Below are positions 32,885 to 43,379 of a stretch of DNA of 64,000 nucleotides, piece by piece. The translations under genes and the position numbers were made by a program. The notes under the pieces are model-generated. The model saw nothing but the letters and a program-made list of their open reading frames with translations, ran no database searches and was not told where the DNA came from. How positions within the stretch are numbered: the stretch's first letter is position 1; every line of letters begins with the position of its first letter. Location: the NCBI GenBank assembly GCA_965237905.1, contig OZ250172.1:736001-800000 (forward strand). Direction: 5' to 3'. The DNA comes from Nitrospinaceae bacterium. GTDB lineage: Bacteria > Nitrospinota > Nitrospinia > Nitrospinales > Nitrospinaceae.

Positions 32885-35503
32885 ATGCCTTCCGTCCGCC
32901 TATTTTCTTCCAAGTTCATTCCGCACTTTTGCCTGTTCCTTTCCGGACTGACCAGCCTGACGTATGAGCTGATCTGGATCAAGCAGTTGCGGCTGGTGTT
33001 TGGCGGGACCCTGTACGCCATCAGTGCCGTGTTGTGCGCGTTTATGGCGGGATTGGCGCTGGGGGCGTGGGGGATTTCGAAATACCTGCAGAAGCCGGGC
33101 CGGGAGAAGACCCACCTCGTCCGGCTGTACGGCATACTGGAAATCGGGATCGGCCTCTATGCCCTGCTATTCCCCTGGTTGCTGGAGGGATTGTCGGCCG
33201 TCTATCCCCACCTGATCGATCCGGCCACAGGATCGGGATTGCCCCGGCACTTCATCGAATTTAGTCTCAGCGCATTGCTGATGCTTCCCGCCACGTTCCT
33301 GATGGGCGCGACCCTGCCGGTGATCGGAAGCTGGTCCATCGGCGCCCAAAGCTCGAAAATATTTTCCAACCTGTCATTCCTCTATGCGCTCAACACCTTC
33401 GGCGCGGTGGCGGGAGTTTTGTACACCCAGTTTATTGGAACCGCCGTCCTTGGAATCCGGGGAACCAACCTGAGTGCGGTGGTTCTGAACGGCCTGGTGT
33501 TCGTGCTCTGTTGGTTCTGGAAACCGGGCGACGCCCAAGAACCGACACCGCCACGCCAACCAGAGACCCTGGTGGACGAAGAAAATGTTCCCTCACGCGG
33601 ACTTGGCTTGCTTCTGCTGGTCGTATTAGGTTTTTCCGGATTGGTGGCGCTGGCAAGTGAAATTCTGTGGACGCGCGTGTTGGTGTTTCCTTTGGGCAGT
33701 TCGCTGTATTCCTTTGCCATCATTCTCGCAACGTTTTTGTTCGGCAACGCACTGGGAAGCCTGATGGCGGGAAAACTACTGGGTCGATCGCGCTGGGTTC
33801 TCAAATTCCTCGCGGTGGAATTGAGCATCGGTCTGCTCTGCCTGTTGATGTTCCCGGCATTTGACAATCTTACGGAATGGACACTGAAAGCCGATCAATT
33901 GTTTTATTCTTTGGAGAATACCCCTGAACGCACTCTGATGATACGGTCGCTAGCCGCTTTCGCGCTGATGATTCTGCCGACGTTGGGATTTGGTCTGGTG
34001 TATCCTTTGGCCAATCATATTCATTTCAATTTTTTCGGCAGTGTGACCGGAACACTGGGTAACAGTTACGCCGTTAATACCATCGGCGGCATTCTGGGAA
34101 CTTTGCTCACTCCCTTCCTACTGTTGCCTTTGTGGGGAATACAAAAATCTCTCTTCATCTTATATGCCGTGCTGATCGCATTGAGCCTGGCGGGGCTGGC
34201 CTGGCACCGGGGCAACCGGTTCAGGCAATGGGCGGTTGCGCTGGCTGTGGGCGGACTGGTTATTTTCGGCAGTTACGCCGCCTTCACGCCTTCGTGGGCG
34301 GGACAAAAACTGGGCGAGAACAACCTGTCCCGCGTTGAAATCAATACGGCTCCTGAAAACTTAAAACTACTCGACTACAAAGAAGGCAATTTTTCGACCC
34401 TGAGCGTGGTGGAGGATCAGCAATCCGGCGCGCGGACTTTATATGTGGACGGGTTCAGCACGGCGACCGTGTCCAACTCCGTCGGCGGAAGCGCCTATAT
34501 GCAGGCGATGGGATTCGTGCCGATGATCCTGCATCCCGATCCGAAGCACGCGCTGGTCATGTGCTTCGGCACCGGCAACACGCTGGGTACGGTATCGCGT
34601 TTTCCGGGGGTGACGGTCGACGGGGTGGAGATCGACCGTAACGTCATTTCAATGGCACATTGGTTTTCCCGGTGGAATCACGACGCGATCAACCGGGGTA
34701 ACGTGCGCCTGACTTATCAGGACGCGCGCGGGTTCATCCGTTGGACGGATAAACTGTATGATGTCATCACACTGGAGCCGATGTCGCCGGTGCAGGCGGG
34801 AGTCAATAATCTGTATTCCAAGGAATTTTACGAGCAGTCCCGACAACGGTTGACTCCGGGAGGATTGATGATGCAGTGGCTTCCCCTGCATCTGGTGGGA
34901 CCGGAAGATGCGCGGGCCATTGTCAAAACGTTTCAATCGGTATTTCCCCACACCAGCGTGTGGAACAGTTATCTGACGCGTATTGTTCTACTGGTGGGAT
35001 CGGACGAACCGCAGGTGCTCGACAAATCCCGATTCGAAGACACCATGAAGCATGCTGAAGTGAGGGAGATGGCGGAACAAATCGGGATTTTCAATTTTTT
35101 GGATATGATGGATTTTTACCTGACCGATGGAAAATCATTGGCCCCGCTGGTGGGTCGCGCTTCGGTCATCACAGACGACCGCCCCTTACTGGAGCATTCC
35201 CCGGCGACTTTGGTCCCTCCGCTGAAGCGGGAGACCGATGAATCGTTTTTAAGTCTATTGCAATACCGGGTAGGACAGTTTCCCTCCACGAGAGGAATTA
35301 GACCGGAAGAGATTACCTATTTTCAAAGGAATTATGAAATGCGAACTGCGCAGAGAATTTCAATTTTTTCGCAGAGGTACCAGGGACCGGGAGCGGGGGC
35401 TTTTGCCCGGAAAAATTACCGGGCGGGACTCGAACAGGTACAAATCTTCCTCAAAACACACGAAGGACCTTTTATTCAACTATCCGGCTCAGGCTGGAAG
35501 TAG
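32885..35503 (+). CDS. Fused MFS-like membrane domain / spermidine synthase-like protein
   Basis: SGLTSLTYELIW, FMAGLALG, MGATLP, YALNTFGA; SAM-fold CFGTGNT, VEID, QDAR, YSKEFY. Confidence 0.88.
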   Translation: MPSVRLFSSKFIPHFCLFLSGLTSLTYELIWIKQLRLVFGGTLYAISAVLCAFMAGLALGAWGISKYLQKPGREKTHLVRLYGILEIGIGLYALLFPWLLEGLSAVYPHLIDPATGSGLPRHFIEFSLSALLMLPATFLMGATLPVIGSWSIGAQSSKIFSNLSFLYALNTFGAVAGVLYTQFIGTAVLGIRGTNLSAVVLNGLVFVLCWFWKPGDAQEPTPPRQPETLVDEENVPSRGLGLLLLVVLGFSGLVALASEILWTRVLVFPLGSSLYSFAIILATFLFGNALGSLMAGKLLGRSRWVLKFLAVELSIGLLCLLMFPAFDNLTEWTLKADQLFYSLENTPERTLMIRSLAAFALMILPTLGFGLVYPLANHIHFNFFGSVTGTLGNSYAVNTIGGILGTLLTPFLLLPLWGIQKSLFILYAVLIALSLAGLAWHRGNRFRQWAVALAVGGLVIFGSYAAFTPSWAGQKLGENNLSRVEINTAPENLKLLDYKEGNFSTLSVVEDQQSGARTLYVDGFSTATVSNSVGGSAYMQAMGFVPMILHPDPKHALVMCFGTGNTLGTVSRFPGVTVDGVEIDRNVISMAHWFSRWNHDAINRGNVRLTYQDARGFIRWTDKLYDVITLEPMSPVQAGVNNLYSKEFYEQSRQRLTPGGLMMQWLPLHLVGPEDARAIVKTFQSVFPHTSVWNSYLTRIVLLVGSDEPQVLDKSRFEDTMKHAEVREMAEQIGIFNFLDMMDFYLTDGKSLAPLVGRASVITDDRPLLEHSPATLVPPLKRETDESFLSLLQYRVGQFPSTRGIRPEEITYFQRNYEMRTAQRISIFSQRYQGPGAGAFARKNYRAGLEQVQIFLKTHEGPFIQLSGSGWK

Positions 35504-35544
35504 ACACTCCCTGCCCTGCATTCAACCCATGGTAAAGCAGGGCT

Positions 35545-35949
35545 TTATTTTTTCCGGAAAGAAGGCTTTTCGTATCTTTCATCAACTTTTCCGTTTACCA
35601 CACTACTGAAAATATTGAAGATCATTTTACCGCCGAATAAAACGCCAACGACGAGAAGCAGATAAAAAACTCCGTTCACCACCATCGCTACTCCACTGCC
35701 ATTTTCCATACCCCACATTTTATTGACCGCGTCGGTGACACTTTTGATCCAGTTCGTAATACCGCTGAAAAAACTACCCGTACTATCAGCCGCGCCGGAC
35801 AACTTCTCTTTGGCCTCCTCGGACGCTTCCGAAGTTTCAGCCCAAACGGTGGCAGGATTAAAAACCACATTAGTGGTTAATGTAAATATAAAGATCGAGA
35901 ATAGACTCATTACAAATACTGCGCCTTTATTGCTCCATTTATTAAACAA
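35545..35949 (-). CDS. Hypothetical membrane protein
   Basis: RBS AGGAGG before TTG; signal peptide plus a C-terminal TM. Confidence 0.7.
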   Translation of the reverse strand: MFNKWSNKGAVFVMSLFSIFIFTLTTNVVFNPATVWAETSEASEEAKEKLSGAADSTGSFFSGITNWIKSVTDAVNKMWGMENGSGVAMVVNGVFYLLLVVGVLFGGKMIFNIFSSVVNGKVDERYEKPSFRKK

Positions 35950-35983
35950 GGTAATTTCCTCCTAAAAATTAATATTTTGAAGG

Positions 35984-36556
35984 TCAGGTCAGGATCATAT
36001 CCTGAACTTTGCCCAACCCTTCAGCGTTCTTCAATAATTCCTGACCTTCTGCACTGATACCGTTACCGAAAACATCCAGATATTTCAGATCGGAAAGGGT
36101 CATCGATTCCGACAAGGCCTTAGCCCCTTCATCACCTACATTATTCTGCGCTATATCCAACCTCACCAGACGGGACAGGTACAACGACTGAGCGAGAGCC
36201 TTCGCTCCATCTGATCCCACCTTGGTTTTCCATAAGTTCAGATATTTCAAGTTGGAGAAATTAGAAGATTCCGCGACGACACGCGTCCCTTCATCTCCCA
36301 GGTCGTTCCGTTCCAGGTGAAGCTCGACCAGCCCGGTAATGACTTGGGATTCTGCCAAAGCGCGAATGCCTTCCGGACCGATATCGTTGCGCTCCAGATT
36401 CAGCACCTCCAAACCCCGGAGGGCGTCGGTCCCAGCCACGATTTTCAAGCCATCATCCCCGATATACTTGAGCCTGAGATCCAGCGATTTGCCATCCTCG
36501 GACAGCAATTTGGGGATCAACTGCTCTACCGGTTCATCATTAAAAGGCTTGCTCAT
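35984..36556 (-). CDS. Leucine-rich repeat protein (RNI/GALA-like)
   Basis: 28-aa repeats LxxLxLxxNxIGxxGxxALAxS. Confidence 0.9.
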   Translation of the reverse strand: MSKPFNDEPVEQLIPKLLSEDGKSLDLRLKYIGDDGLKIVAGTDALRGLEVLNLERNDIGPEGIRALAESQVITGLVELHLERNDLGDEGTRVVAESSNFSNLKYLNLWKTKVGSDGAKALAQSLYLSRLVRLDIAQNNVGDEGAKALSESMTLSDLKYLDVFGNGISAEGQELLKNAEGLGKVQDMILT

Positions 36557-36851
36557 AGACGATTCTAATCCCCTTCCAAATTCTTCTCAAATACCTCTTA
36601 TTGAGTGGATTTTTAGTGTAACATGAAAGATTACAAACTGGATATACCTGATTCATTTGGCACATAAAATCAAATAGTTATGGTAGGCCAGAATACCTAA
36701 TAAGAGGAAAGAAAAAACATACCTGCCCCGATCTCAGTGCGTTTGGGTCCCTACCCGTCCCTTCCGGTGCGGTCCTCCAACTCCTGGGTTGATGTGCGGA
36801 CCGGAAAACAACATAATGTTCCCAAGGTCGAATGATCGACCGGAGACCCCA

Positions 36852-37769
36852 ATGGCGGAAAACACACAATTCAGTTACGGACCGGAAACCCTATCGGAGA
36901 TTTCCTCCCTCAGCATCCGGGCCATCCAATTGGTCGAAGGCCTGCTGTCGGGTCACCACCGGAGCCCTCATAAAGGCTCCAGCGTTGAATTCGCGGAATA
37001 CAAGGACTACTCGCCAGGCGACGATATCCGCCATATCGACTGGAAAGTGGTGGGCAAAACGGACAAATACCACGTCAAGCAGTTCGAACAATCCACCAAT
37101 CTGAAATGCACAATTCTGCTCGACGCCAGCGGGTCCATGGCCTACCGCTCACCCGACTCTAAATCCCCCGGCATGGACAAAAGGGATTATGCGCGCACGC
37201 TGGTGGCGGCCATGGGATACCTCCTCTTAAAACAATTTGACGCTGTGGGACTGACCCTGTTCAACGACGAAGTGGTGTCGCATCTTCCTCCCCGGTCCAA
37301 ACCCTCGCATTTCCAGAATATTCTGAATGGGTTGCAGGATATGGAGTTCAAGGGAGTCACCCGGGTGGAAGAAGTGGTGGGAGATTTGATCGAACGCCTG
37401 CCGGGGCGTGGCATGCTGATTTTGGTCTCCGACCTGTTAACGCGGGAAGACGATGTATTCAAAACGCTCAAAATGCTCAAGTCCCGCGGGCTGGAGGTCA
37501 TTCTGTTTCACGTCCTCCACCCGGACGAAGTAACCCTGCCGTTTGAAGGCGACCTTGTTTTTGAATCGCTGGAGGACGATCCGCCTTTGGGACTGGACCC
37601 ATTCGACGTGCGCCAACAATATCAGAAAGCCATTCAAGATCAGATCGGGTTCTACACAAAGAACTGCCCGACTTTGGGTATCGATTATCTGTTTTTGGAA
37701 ACCACCACGCCGCTGGAACAGGCGTTACGGTATTATCTTCTCCGCCGAAAAAGTTTGCGAAAAATATGA
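36852..37769 (+). CDS. DUF58 domain protein
   Basis: GHHRSPHKGSSVEFAEYKDYSPGDDIRHIDWK, LLDASGSM. Confidence 0.93.
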   Translation: MAENTQFSYGPETLSEISSLSIRAIQLVEGLLSGHHRSPHKGSSVEFAEYKDYSPGDDIRHIDWKVVGKTDKYHVKQFEQSTNLKCTILLDASGSMAYRSPDSKSPGMDKRDYARTLVAAMGYLLLKQFDAVGLTLFNDEVVSHLPPRSKPSHFQNILNGLQDMEFKGVTRVEEVVGDLIERLPGRGMLILVSDLLTREDDVFKTLKMLKSRGLEVILFHVLHPDEVTLPFEGDLVFESLEDDPPLGLDPFDVRQQYQKAIQDQIGFYTKNCPTLGIDYLFLETTTPLEQALRYYLLRRKSLRKI

Positions 37770-39919
37770 ATTTCAGTTTCACATCCCCGTGGTACCTGCT
37801 GGGACTGTTAGGCCTGGCGCTACCGATCCTGATCCATTTACTGACCCGCCGCCAGCAGACCCGGCTCAAATTTTCAGCGGTCTACCTGTTGCAACAGGCG
37901 CAGAAGCGGACGGTGCGCAAATCCCGGCCCAACAAGCTCCTCCTCCTGCTCTTGCGTTGTCTGGCGATCGGTTTTCTGTGCCTGGCGCTGGCCAATCCCA
38001 TTCTTTCGTCCGGCGGCCTGGAGAATGTTCTGGCGTCACGTCCTTCCGCCCATGTGTTTATTCTGGATGATTCCTACAGCATGTCCGCGACGAGCGATCA
38101 GGGAACTTTGTTCGACCGGGCGACGAAGACACTGACGGAACTGATCGAGAAACTTCCCAGCAACCATTCCTTCAGTCTTGTGCTCGCATCCGATCCCGCC
38201 CGCATGGTGCAGGACTGGACGGAAGACCCAGGCAAAACCCTGAAATGGTTAAAGGCGGCCCAACCCACACATCGCACCACCAGCATCGGCAAAGCCGTGA
38301 CTGCGGCGGCCGATCTCCTAAATACCGCGCCACAGGAAAACAAACGGGTTTTTATCCTGACCGATATGGATCAGAACGGCTGGGACCGGGATGAATTCTC
38401 CACGGCGTTTGCAGAAGATTCACGAACCCAGATCAAAATCATCGACTTTTCAGAATCACAAAAAGGACTCAACCGGGCGCTCGTGCAGAAGGTCAAACTG
38501 AATCAGGAATTCCTCACCAACCGCCGGGTCATCCGGGTGCAGGCCACGATCGTCAACCTGCTACCGGACCGGGCCATCAAGCAACTCCCCGTCACCCTGT
38601 TCGTCAACGGCAAGCGGCAGAGCGAAAGCACAATCGATCTGCCCGCCCAAGGCGAGGCGACTCATGAATTTTCGTTCCCTTTATTGAATAGTGATCCGAT
38701 TTTGGGCCATGTTGAAATTCAGGAAGACGCTCTGACGGCGGACAATCGGCGTCTGTTCGTCTATCAACCCGACCGCAAAATCAAAGCACTGGTGGTGGAT
38801 GGCGACCCGCGCGGTGTAGCACATCAGCACGACTCGTTTTATGTCGAGAAAGCCCTCAATCCGTTTTCTTCCCCCATGGCCGATATCGAGCCCACTGTAT
38901 CCACTCTCTCGGAATTTTCGGAACGGGATTTGAAACAGTATTCCGTGATCATTTTGTGCAACGTCCGGGACCTGGCGATCGGCCTCGAACAAGAACTGGA
39001 AAAATTCGTACTGCGGGGCGGCTCTTTGTTCATCGGTCTGGGAGATCAGGTCGACCCCAAATACTACAATGAAAAATTGGGGTTGCTTCTGCCGGTTACT
39101 TTGAAATCCATCAATCAGGTGAGAACCAAGGACAAGCCGTTCTACCTTAGGGCGCAACCCAGTGATCATCCGGCCTTGAAGGTGTTTACCGGAAGCATGT
39201 TAAAGGAGATGGCGCGTATTCCTTTTCGGACCCTCTACAGTATCGAACCCCGGCGCGGCAGAGCGTTTCAGGAGCCGATGCATTTCACCAACCAATTCCC
39301 CGCAGTGATCGAATCGGAGTTCGGCGAGGGCAAGGTTATCCTGTATGTCTCTTCTCTGGATCGGGACTGGAACAATTTCCCCATTCACCCCACGTTTCTT
39401 CCCTGGATCCAACGCTGGGTGAAATACACCGCGCAGGGCCTCGAAAATATTTCCCGCCACGACGTAACCGTGGGCGCACCGCTGGTGCTGGAGGAAATGG
39501 AACAACCGCCGTTGGTGGTCGCGCCCGGCGGCAAAATTTCCATCGCCCGGAAAAATCCCCAGTCGCCCCCGGTGTTTGAAGACACCCATCGCCCGGGAGT
39601 TTATGAATTGTATCAATGGGCAGGGCCGCCCGTTTCCGGTTCGGCGGATTCTCCACCCCCTGCGCCTAAACAGTTGCCCTCTGATGCCAAACGGTTGGGA
39701 AATTTTACCGTCAATTTCGATCCGGCAGAATCCGCCCCTGGCAAAGTTCCTGAAAAGGAATTGTCGCAATATTTTCCCGGAGCGCAGGTGGACTATTCCC
39801 CGGCCGATCAGGCGCTGAACGCGGCCTCGGTCGGCGCTGGCGTGCCTCTGACCACCCTGTTGTTCCTGATGCTGGCAGTCATGATGTTCTGGGAGGGTTG
39901 GGTCGTCCGTAAAGAATGA
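37766..39919 (+). CDS. BatA N-terminal plus vWA domain membrane protein
   Basis: LPILIHLL..R...FSA; MIDAS ILDDSYSM; ILTD; GATase-like middle region; C-terminal TM. Confidence 0.88.
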   Translation: MNFSFTSPWYLLGLLGLALPILIHLLTRRQQTRLKFSAVYLLQQAQKRTVRKSRPNKLLLLLLRCLAIGFLCLALANPILSSGGLENVLASRPSAHVFILDDSYSMSATSDQGTLFDRATKTLTELIEKLPSNHSFSLVLASDPARMVQDWTEDPGKTLKWLKAAQPTHRTTSIGKAVTAAADLLNTAPQENKRVFILTDMDQNGWDRDEFSTAFAEDSRTQIKIIDFSESQKGLNRALVQKVKLNQEFLTNRRVIRVQATIVNLLPDRAIKQLPVTLFVNGKRQSESTIDLPAQGEATHEFSFPLLNSDPILGHVEIQEDALTADNRRLFVYQPDRKIKALVVDGDPRGVAHQHDSFYVEKALNPFSSPMADIEPTVSTLSEFSERDLKQYSVIILCNVRDLAIGLEQELEKFVLRGGSLFIGLGDQVDPKYYNEKLGLLLPVTLKSINQVRTKDKPFYLRAQPSDHPALKVFTGSMLKEMARIPFRTLYSIEPRRGRAFQEPMHFTNQFPAVIESEFGEGKVILYVSSLDRDWNNFPIHPTFLPWIQRWVKYTAQGLENISRHDVTVGAPLVLEEMEQPPLVVAPGGKISIARKNPQSPPVFEDTHRPGVYELYQWAGPPVSGSADSPPPAPKQLPSDAKRLGNFTVNFDPAESAPGKVPEKELSQYFPGAQVDYSPADQALNAASVGAGVPLTTLLFLMLAVMMFWEGWVVRKE

Positions 39920-40009
39920 CCCGGATTCCCCCCGTATGTTTGCGAAACTCATTCTGCTATAATAATTTAAGCCCATGCAGTATCAATTCGTATAACTGTT
40001 GAGTTTTCT

Positions 40010-42526
40010 ATGAATTTCCGAGCACACCCCACTGCCAAATTGATCGGGACTCTGGCTCTCTGTCTGACTTTGACCGGAGCGATGCCCTCCCAAGCCGCGA
40101 CCCAGATCTCGGTAACGGAAGAACTGGTCGCCACCCTGGCCCTTCCGGAAAACAAGATCGATCTGGCCGAAACGCTCCTTTTGATCTCGCGTCATTGGGA
40201 CCCCCGGCTGGACACGGCCCCTCTCAAGAAAACGCTGGGCCGGTTGACCGAATCGGCCCGCAGTCAACTCAAGGGCAATCCCTCCCCGAAGCAAACCGTT
40301 GAAATTCTGCGCAAGGTCATTCATGAGGAGGGGAAATACCGTTACACCGAGGCGCTGGACCCGGCGGGCATGCCGGTCAATCCGGCTGAATTGTTTCTGC
40401 ACGGGCTGTTACAGACCCACCGGGGTTATTGCATGAACCTGTCCCTGCTGTATCTCATCCTCGCCGAGCGATTGAACCTGCCGTTGGTCGGGGTGCCTCT
40501 GCCGAATCATTTTTTCGTGCGTTACGACTCGTCGGAGTACCGGGTGAATATCGAAGCGACGGAAGGGGGAACAGCGTTTCCCGATTCGTTTTACGAACAA
40601 CGGTTTGGTGTGGCTAAGGGTTCGAAATACTTCCTGACCAATCTGGGTAAGAAACAAACGCTGGGGGCCTACTTCTCGAATGTCGGGCTGGTCATGTACC
40701 GCGCGGCCAAACCTCAGATCGCTATTTTTTATCTGGAGCAGTCAGCCAGCATCAATCCGCAATCCATTGACGCGCTCAACAACCTGGGTAACATCTACTC
40801 GGAATTAAAACAACACGACAAATCCATCCACGCATACGAGCGGGCCTTGAAGGCCGACCCTGGAAATTTTTCCACATTGTCCAACCTGGGACTGGCCTAT
40901 ATGGAAACGAATGCTCTGGAAAAAGCCGAAGAGACATTCCTGCAGGCAACGCAGATCAATCCTCGGTATCATCTGGCACATGAAATGCTGACGCGGATTT
41001 ACATGCAACGGAAAAAGTTTGCGAGCGCACTTCTCCATTTGAAAATCATGAAACGCCTGCAACCGGGACGGCTCCTCACCGAATTGAACATCGGAACCGT
41101 GCTCCTGGAAATGGGTCAGGCGGAACTGGCCCTGAAATACTTCGAAGACCTGCAAAGCCGCTACCCGCAGGCCATCGAGGTCAACCAACGTATAGCGGAG
41201 ACGCACTACCGGCAGAAGGAGTACCCAAAAGCGATCGTTCAATATGAGTTCATCATCGAGCGCGCTCCCCGGTTCATTGAAAATTACATTCAACTGGGGT
41301 GGATTCATTACCAAATGGGAAGCATCGCGAAGGCTATCGAAGTCACCCGGCAGGGCCTTCGGTCCAGCCCACAGGCGAACCGGCTCACCACTCTGGCCCA
41401 CATGAACCTGGGGTTTTATCATGTGCTTGAAAAAAAATTCGGTGCCGCCGAGAAGTGGTACCAGAAAGCACTCAACGCCGAAGACCCGAAAGCGGTCGAT
41501 GCGATGATCGAGGATTTGAGCGGTGCCTTCAAAAATTATCCCGGTATTCCTGAAATGAATTATTTCGGCGGGTGGATTTTATTCCAAGGCGGCCAGAAGG
41601 ATAAAGCCCGACAATGGCTCGACCGTTACCTGGCCCAAAGTCCCAAAGGCCCTTTTGCCGGAAAAGCGCGGAGCTTTCTGAAAAAAGTTGCGCTTTCGGT
41701 GCCGGAAGACATGATTCTGGTTCCCAAGGGATTTTTCATCATGGGAGCCAACGGGCACGGCGATGACGAAGCTCCGGAACACAAGGTTTACCTGGACTCC
41801 TACTTTATCGATAAATATGAAGTGACGGCAGCTCAGTTCGCCACGTTTTTAAACGATGTCAAAACCTTCAAGGAATTTTATAAGGACAGCAAATTCGGCA
41901 TGCTGATACTGGAAAAGGATTTCAGGCCCCGTAAAGGTTTGGAATCCTATCCTATCAACAACGTGACCTGGTTCGGAGCGGCGGCCTTCTGCAAATGGAA
42001 GAACAAGCGCCTGCCCACCGAAGCGGAATGGGAAAAAGCGGCGCGTGGAACCGGGGGAAACTTCTTCCCATGGGGAAACGATCCGATCGCCCCGCAAAAA
42101 GCCCGGTATCTACAGGACTGGACCGAAGAGATCGCCCACCGCGTGATGGTCCCGGTCAATTCCATGCCGGAGGGAAAAAGCTCATTTGGGCTGTTTCACA
42201 TGCTGGGTAACGTCAAAGAATGGGTGGACGACTGGTATGATCGGGAGTATTATAAGGAACAAAATCACAAGTTAAATCCAAAGGGACAGATCGGGGGGGA
42301 GTTCAAAGTCCTCAAAGGCGGGTCGTGGAGAGACCTCAGGTCCTTTGTTTACGCCTCCTTCCGGAACAACAGCTACCCGAATACGGCACTGGACGATTAT
42401 GGGTTCCGGTGCACTCAGGATGGGCTGGAAAGTTCCGCCCCCAAGCGGCTGACTTCTCTGGAACATTTATTCATTCCAGCACGGCTGGAACATACGCCTC
42501 AGGGAGGCTCAGGACACAATCCATGA
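40010..42526 (+). CDS. Transglutaminase-like (SirB1) / TPR / FGE-sulfatase fusion protein
   Basis: GYCMNLSLLY...PNHFFVRY...NIE; multiple TPRs; FIMG..APEHKV, KYEVT, RLPTEAEWEKAARG, GNVKEW, GFRC. Confidence 0.88.
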   Translation: MNFRAHPTAKLIGTLALCLTLTGAMPSQAATQISVTEELVATLALPENKIDLAETLLLISRHWDPRLDTAPLKKTLGRLTESARSQLKGNPSPKQTVEILRKVIHEEGKYRYTEALDPAGMPVNPAELFLHGLLQTHRGYCMNLSLLYLILAERLNLPLVGVPLPNHFFVRYDSSEYRVNIEATEGGTAFPDSFYEQRFGVAKGSKYFLTNLGKKQTLGAYFSNVGLVMYRAAKPQIAIFYLEQSASINPQSIDALNNLGNIYSELKQHDKSIHAYERALKADPGNFSTLSNLGLAYMETNALEKAEETFLQATQINPRYHLAHEMLTRIYMQRKKFASALLHLKIMKRLQPGRLLTELNIGTVLLEMGQAELALKYFEDLQSRYPQAIEVNQRIAETHYRQKEYPKAIVQYEFIIERAPRFIENYIQLGWIHYQMGSIAKAIEVTRQGLRSSPQANRLTTLAHMNLGFYHVLEKKFGAAEKWYQKALNAEDPKAVDAMIEDLSGAFKNYPGIPEMNYFGGWILFQGGQKDKARQWLDRYLAQSPKGPFAGKARSFLKKVALSVPEDMILVPKGFFIMGANGHGDDEAPEHKVYLDSYFIDKYEVTAAQFATFLNDVKTFKEFYKDSKFGMLILEKDFRPRKGLESYPINNVTWFGAAAFCKWKNKRLPTEAEWEKAARGTGGNFFPWGNDPIAPQKARYLQDWTEEIAHRVMVPVNSMPEGKSSFGLFHMLGNVKEWVDDWYDREYYKEQNHKLNPKGQIGGEFKVLKGGSWRDLRSFVYASFRNNSYPNTALDDYGFRCTQDGLESSAPKRLTSLEHLFIPARLEHTPQGGSGHNP

Positions 42527-42789
42527 TCGGCGCTATCGAAATACTGATCATTGCAATTATCTTCGGCATCATCTACGGCCGGGACGCCATTGACAAAACG
42601 TTCAAGAAACACGCGGACGAAGGCGTGGTGGAAAGTTTTGGGGTGGACGTCAAGGAGTTCTACAAGAAAGACCCGAAGCGGCTAATCCTCCTGGTGGCCG
42701 GAGGCTTGGGCGGTTTCATTTTCGTAGGGCTGGGGATCTATTGGGCGCTGACCCGGACTGACCTTCTGAAAATGATCGGACTGGAATAA
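42523..42789 (+). CDS. Small hypothetical membrane protein
   Basis: ATGA overlap with the upstream gene; MIGAIEILIIAIIFGIIYG (TatA-like start) plus a second TM. Confidence 0.7.
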   Translation: MIGAIEILIIAIIFGIIYGRDAIDKTFKKHADEGVVESFGVDVKEFYKKDPKRLILLVAGGLGGFIFVGLGIYWALTRTDLLKMIGLE

Positions 42790-42802
42790 CCCACCTCCCC
42801 TA

Positions 42803-43279
42803 TCAATAATTGAATCCGTTATCGCGGACGTGAAAGTAAGGGTCTCCCCCCTTCAACATTTTGCCGCTGACGATTTCTCCGACATACACCACATGGTCTC
42901 CGAATGCAGTCTGCTCGCGCAGTTCGCATTCCATATAGGCCACAGCATCGCTCAGCACTTTGATATCGTGAAACCCCTTGCTCACTTTTAATCCGTCAAA
43001 CACCGAAACGCCGGGCACCGGAGCTTTGAAGAAATGCTTCATCAAGTCGTTCGAATTCTTGCCCAACACGTTCACGATGAACGCTTGGGACGCCTCGACC
43101 AGAAGCCGCCCCTGACGTGCCACCCCCAGTGCCACGGTCAGTGCGGGCGGGTCGAACGAACACTGGTTGACCCAGCTGGCCAACACCGCGTCCTCTTTAT
43201 CTTTATGTTTTGCCGTCACCACAAACAGGCCGCTCGGAACGCGGCCCAAGGCTTTGCCTACCTCTTTTTTATGTTTCAA
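42803..43279 (-). CDS. Flavin reductase family protein
   Basis: PSGLFVVT, ASWVNQCSFDPP, GDHVVYVGEI. Confidence 0.92.
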   Translation of the reverse strand: MKHKKEVGKALGRVPSGLFVVTAKHKDKEDAVLASWVNQCSFDPPALTVALGVARQGRLLVEASQAFIVNVLGKNSNDLMKHFFKAPVPGVSVFDGLKVSKGFHDIKVLSDAVAYMECELREQTAFGDHVVYVGEIVSGKMLKGGDPYFHVRDNGFNY

Positions 43280-43379
43280 TGTCCACTCCTCAAAAAAAAA
43301 CCCATGAATCCAGATAATTTAAAAGGGCTCATTATACCCAAAACCGGCCTGGGAAACCCCGTCTCCTCCACACCAGAAC

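Noticed and set aside
32664..32885. 73-aa minus-strand ORF upstream of the cytochrome c gene
   Set aside because: No recognisable motif, and it occupies a probable divergent promoter region
36657..36675. TGGCAC as a sigma54 promoter
   Set aside because: No TTGC -12 element at the required spacing
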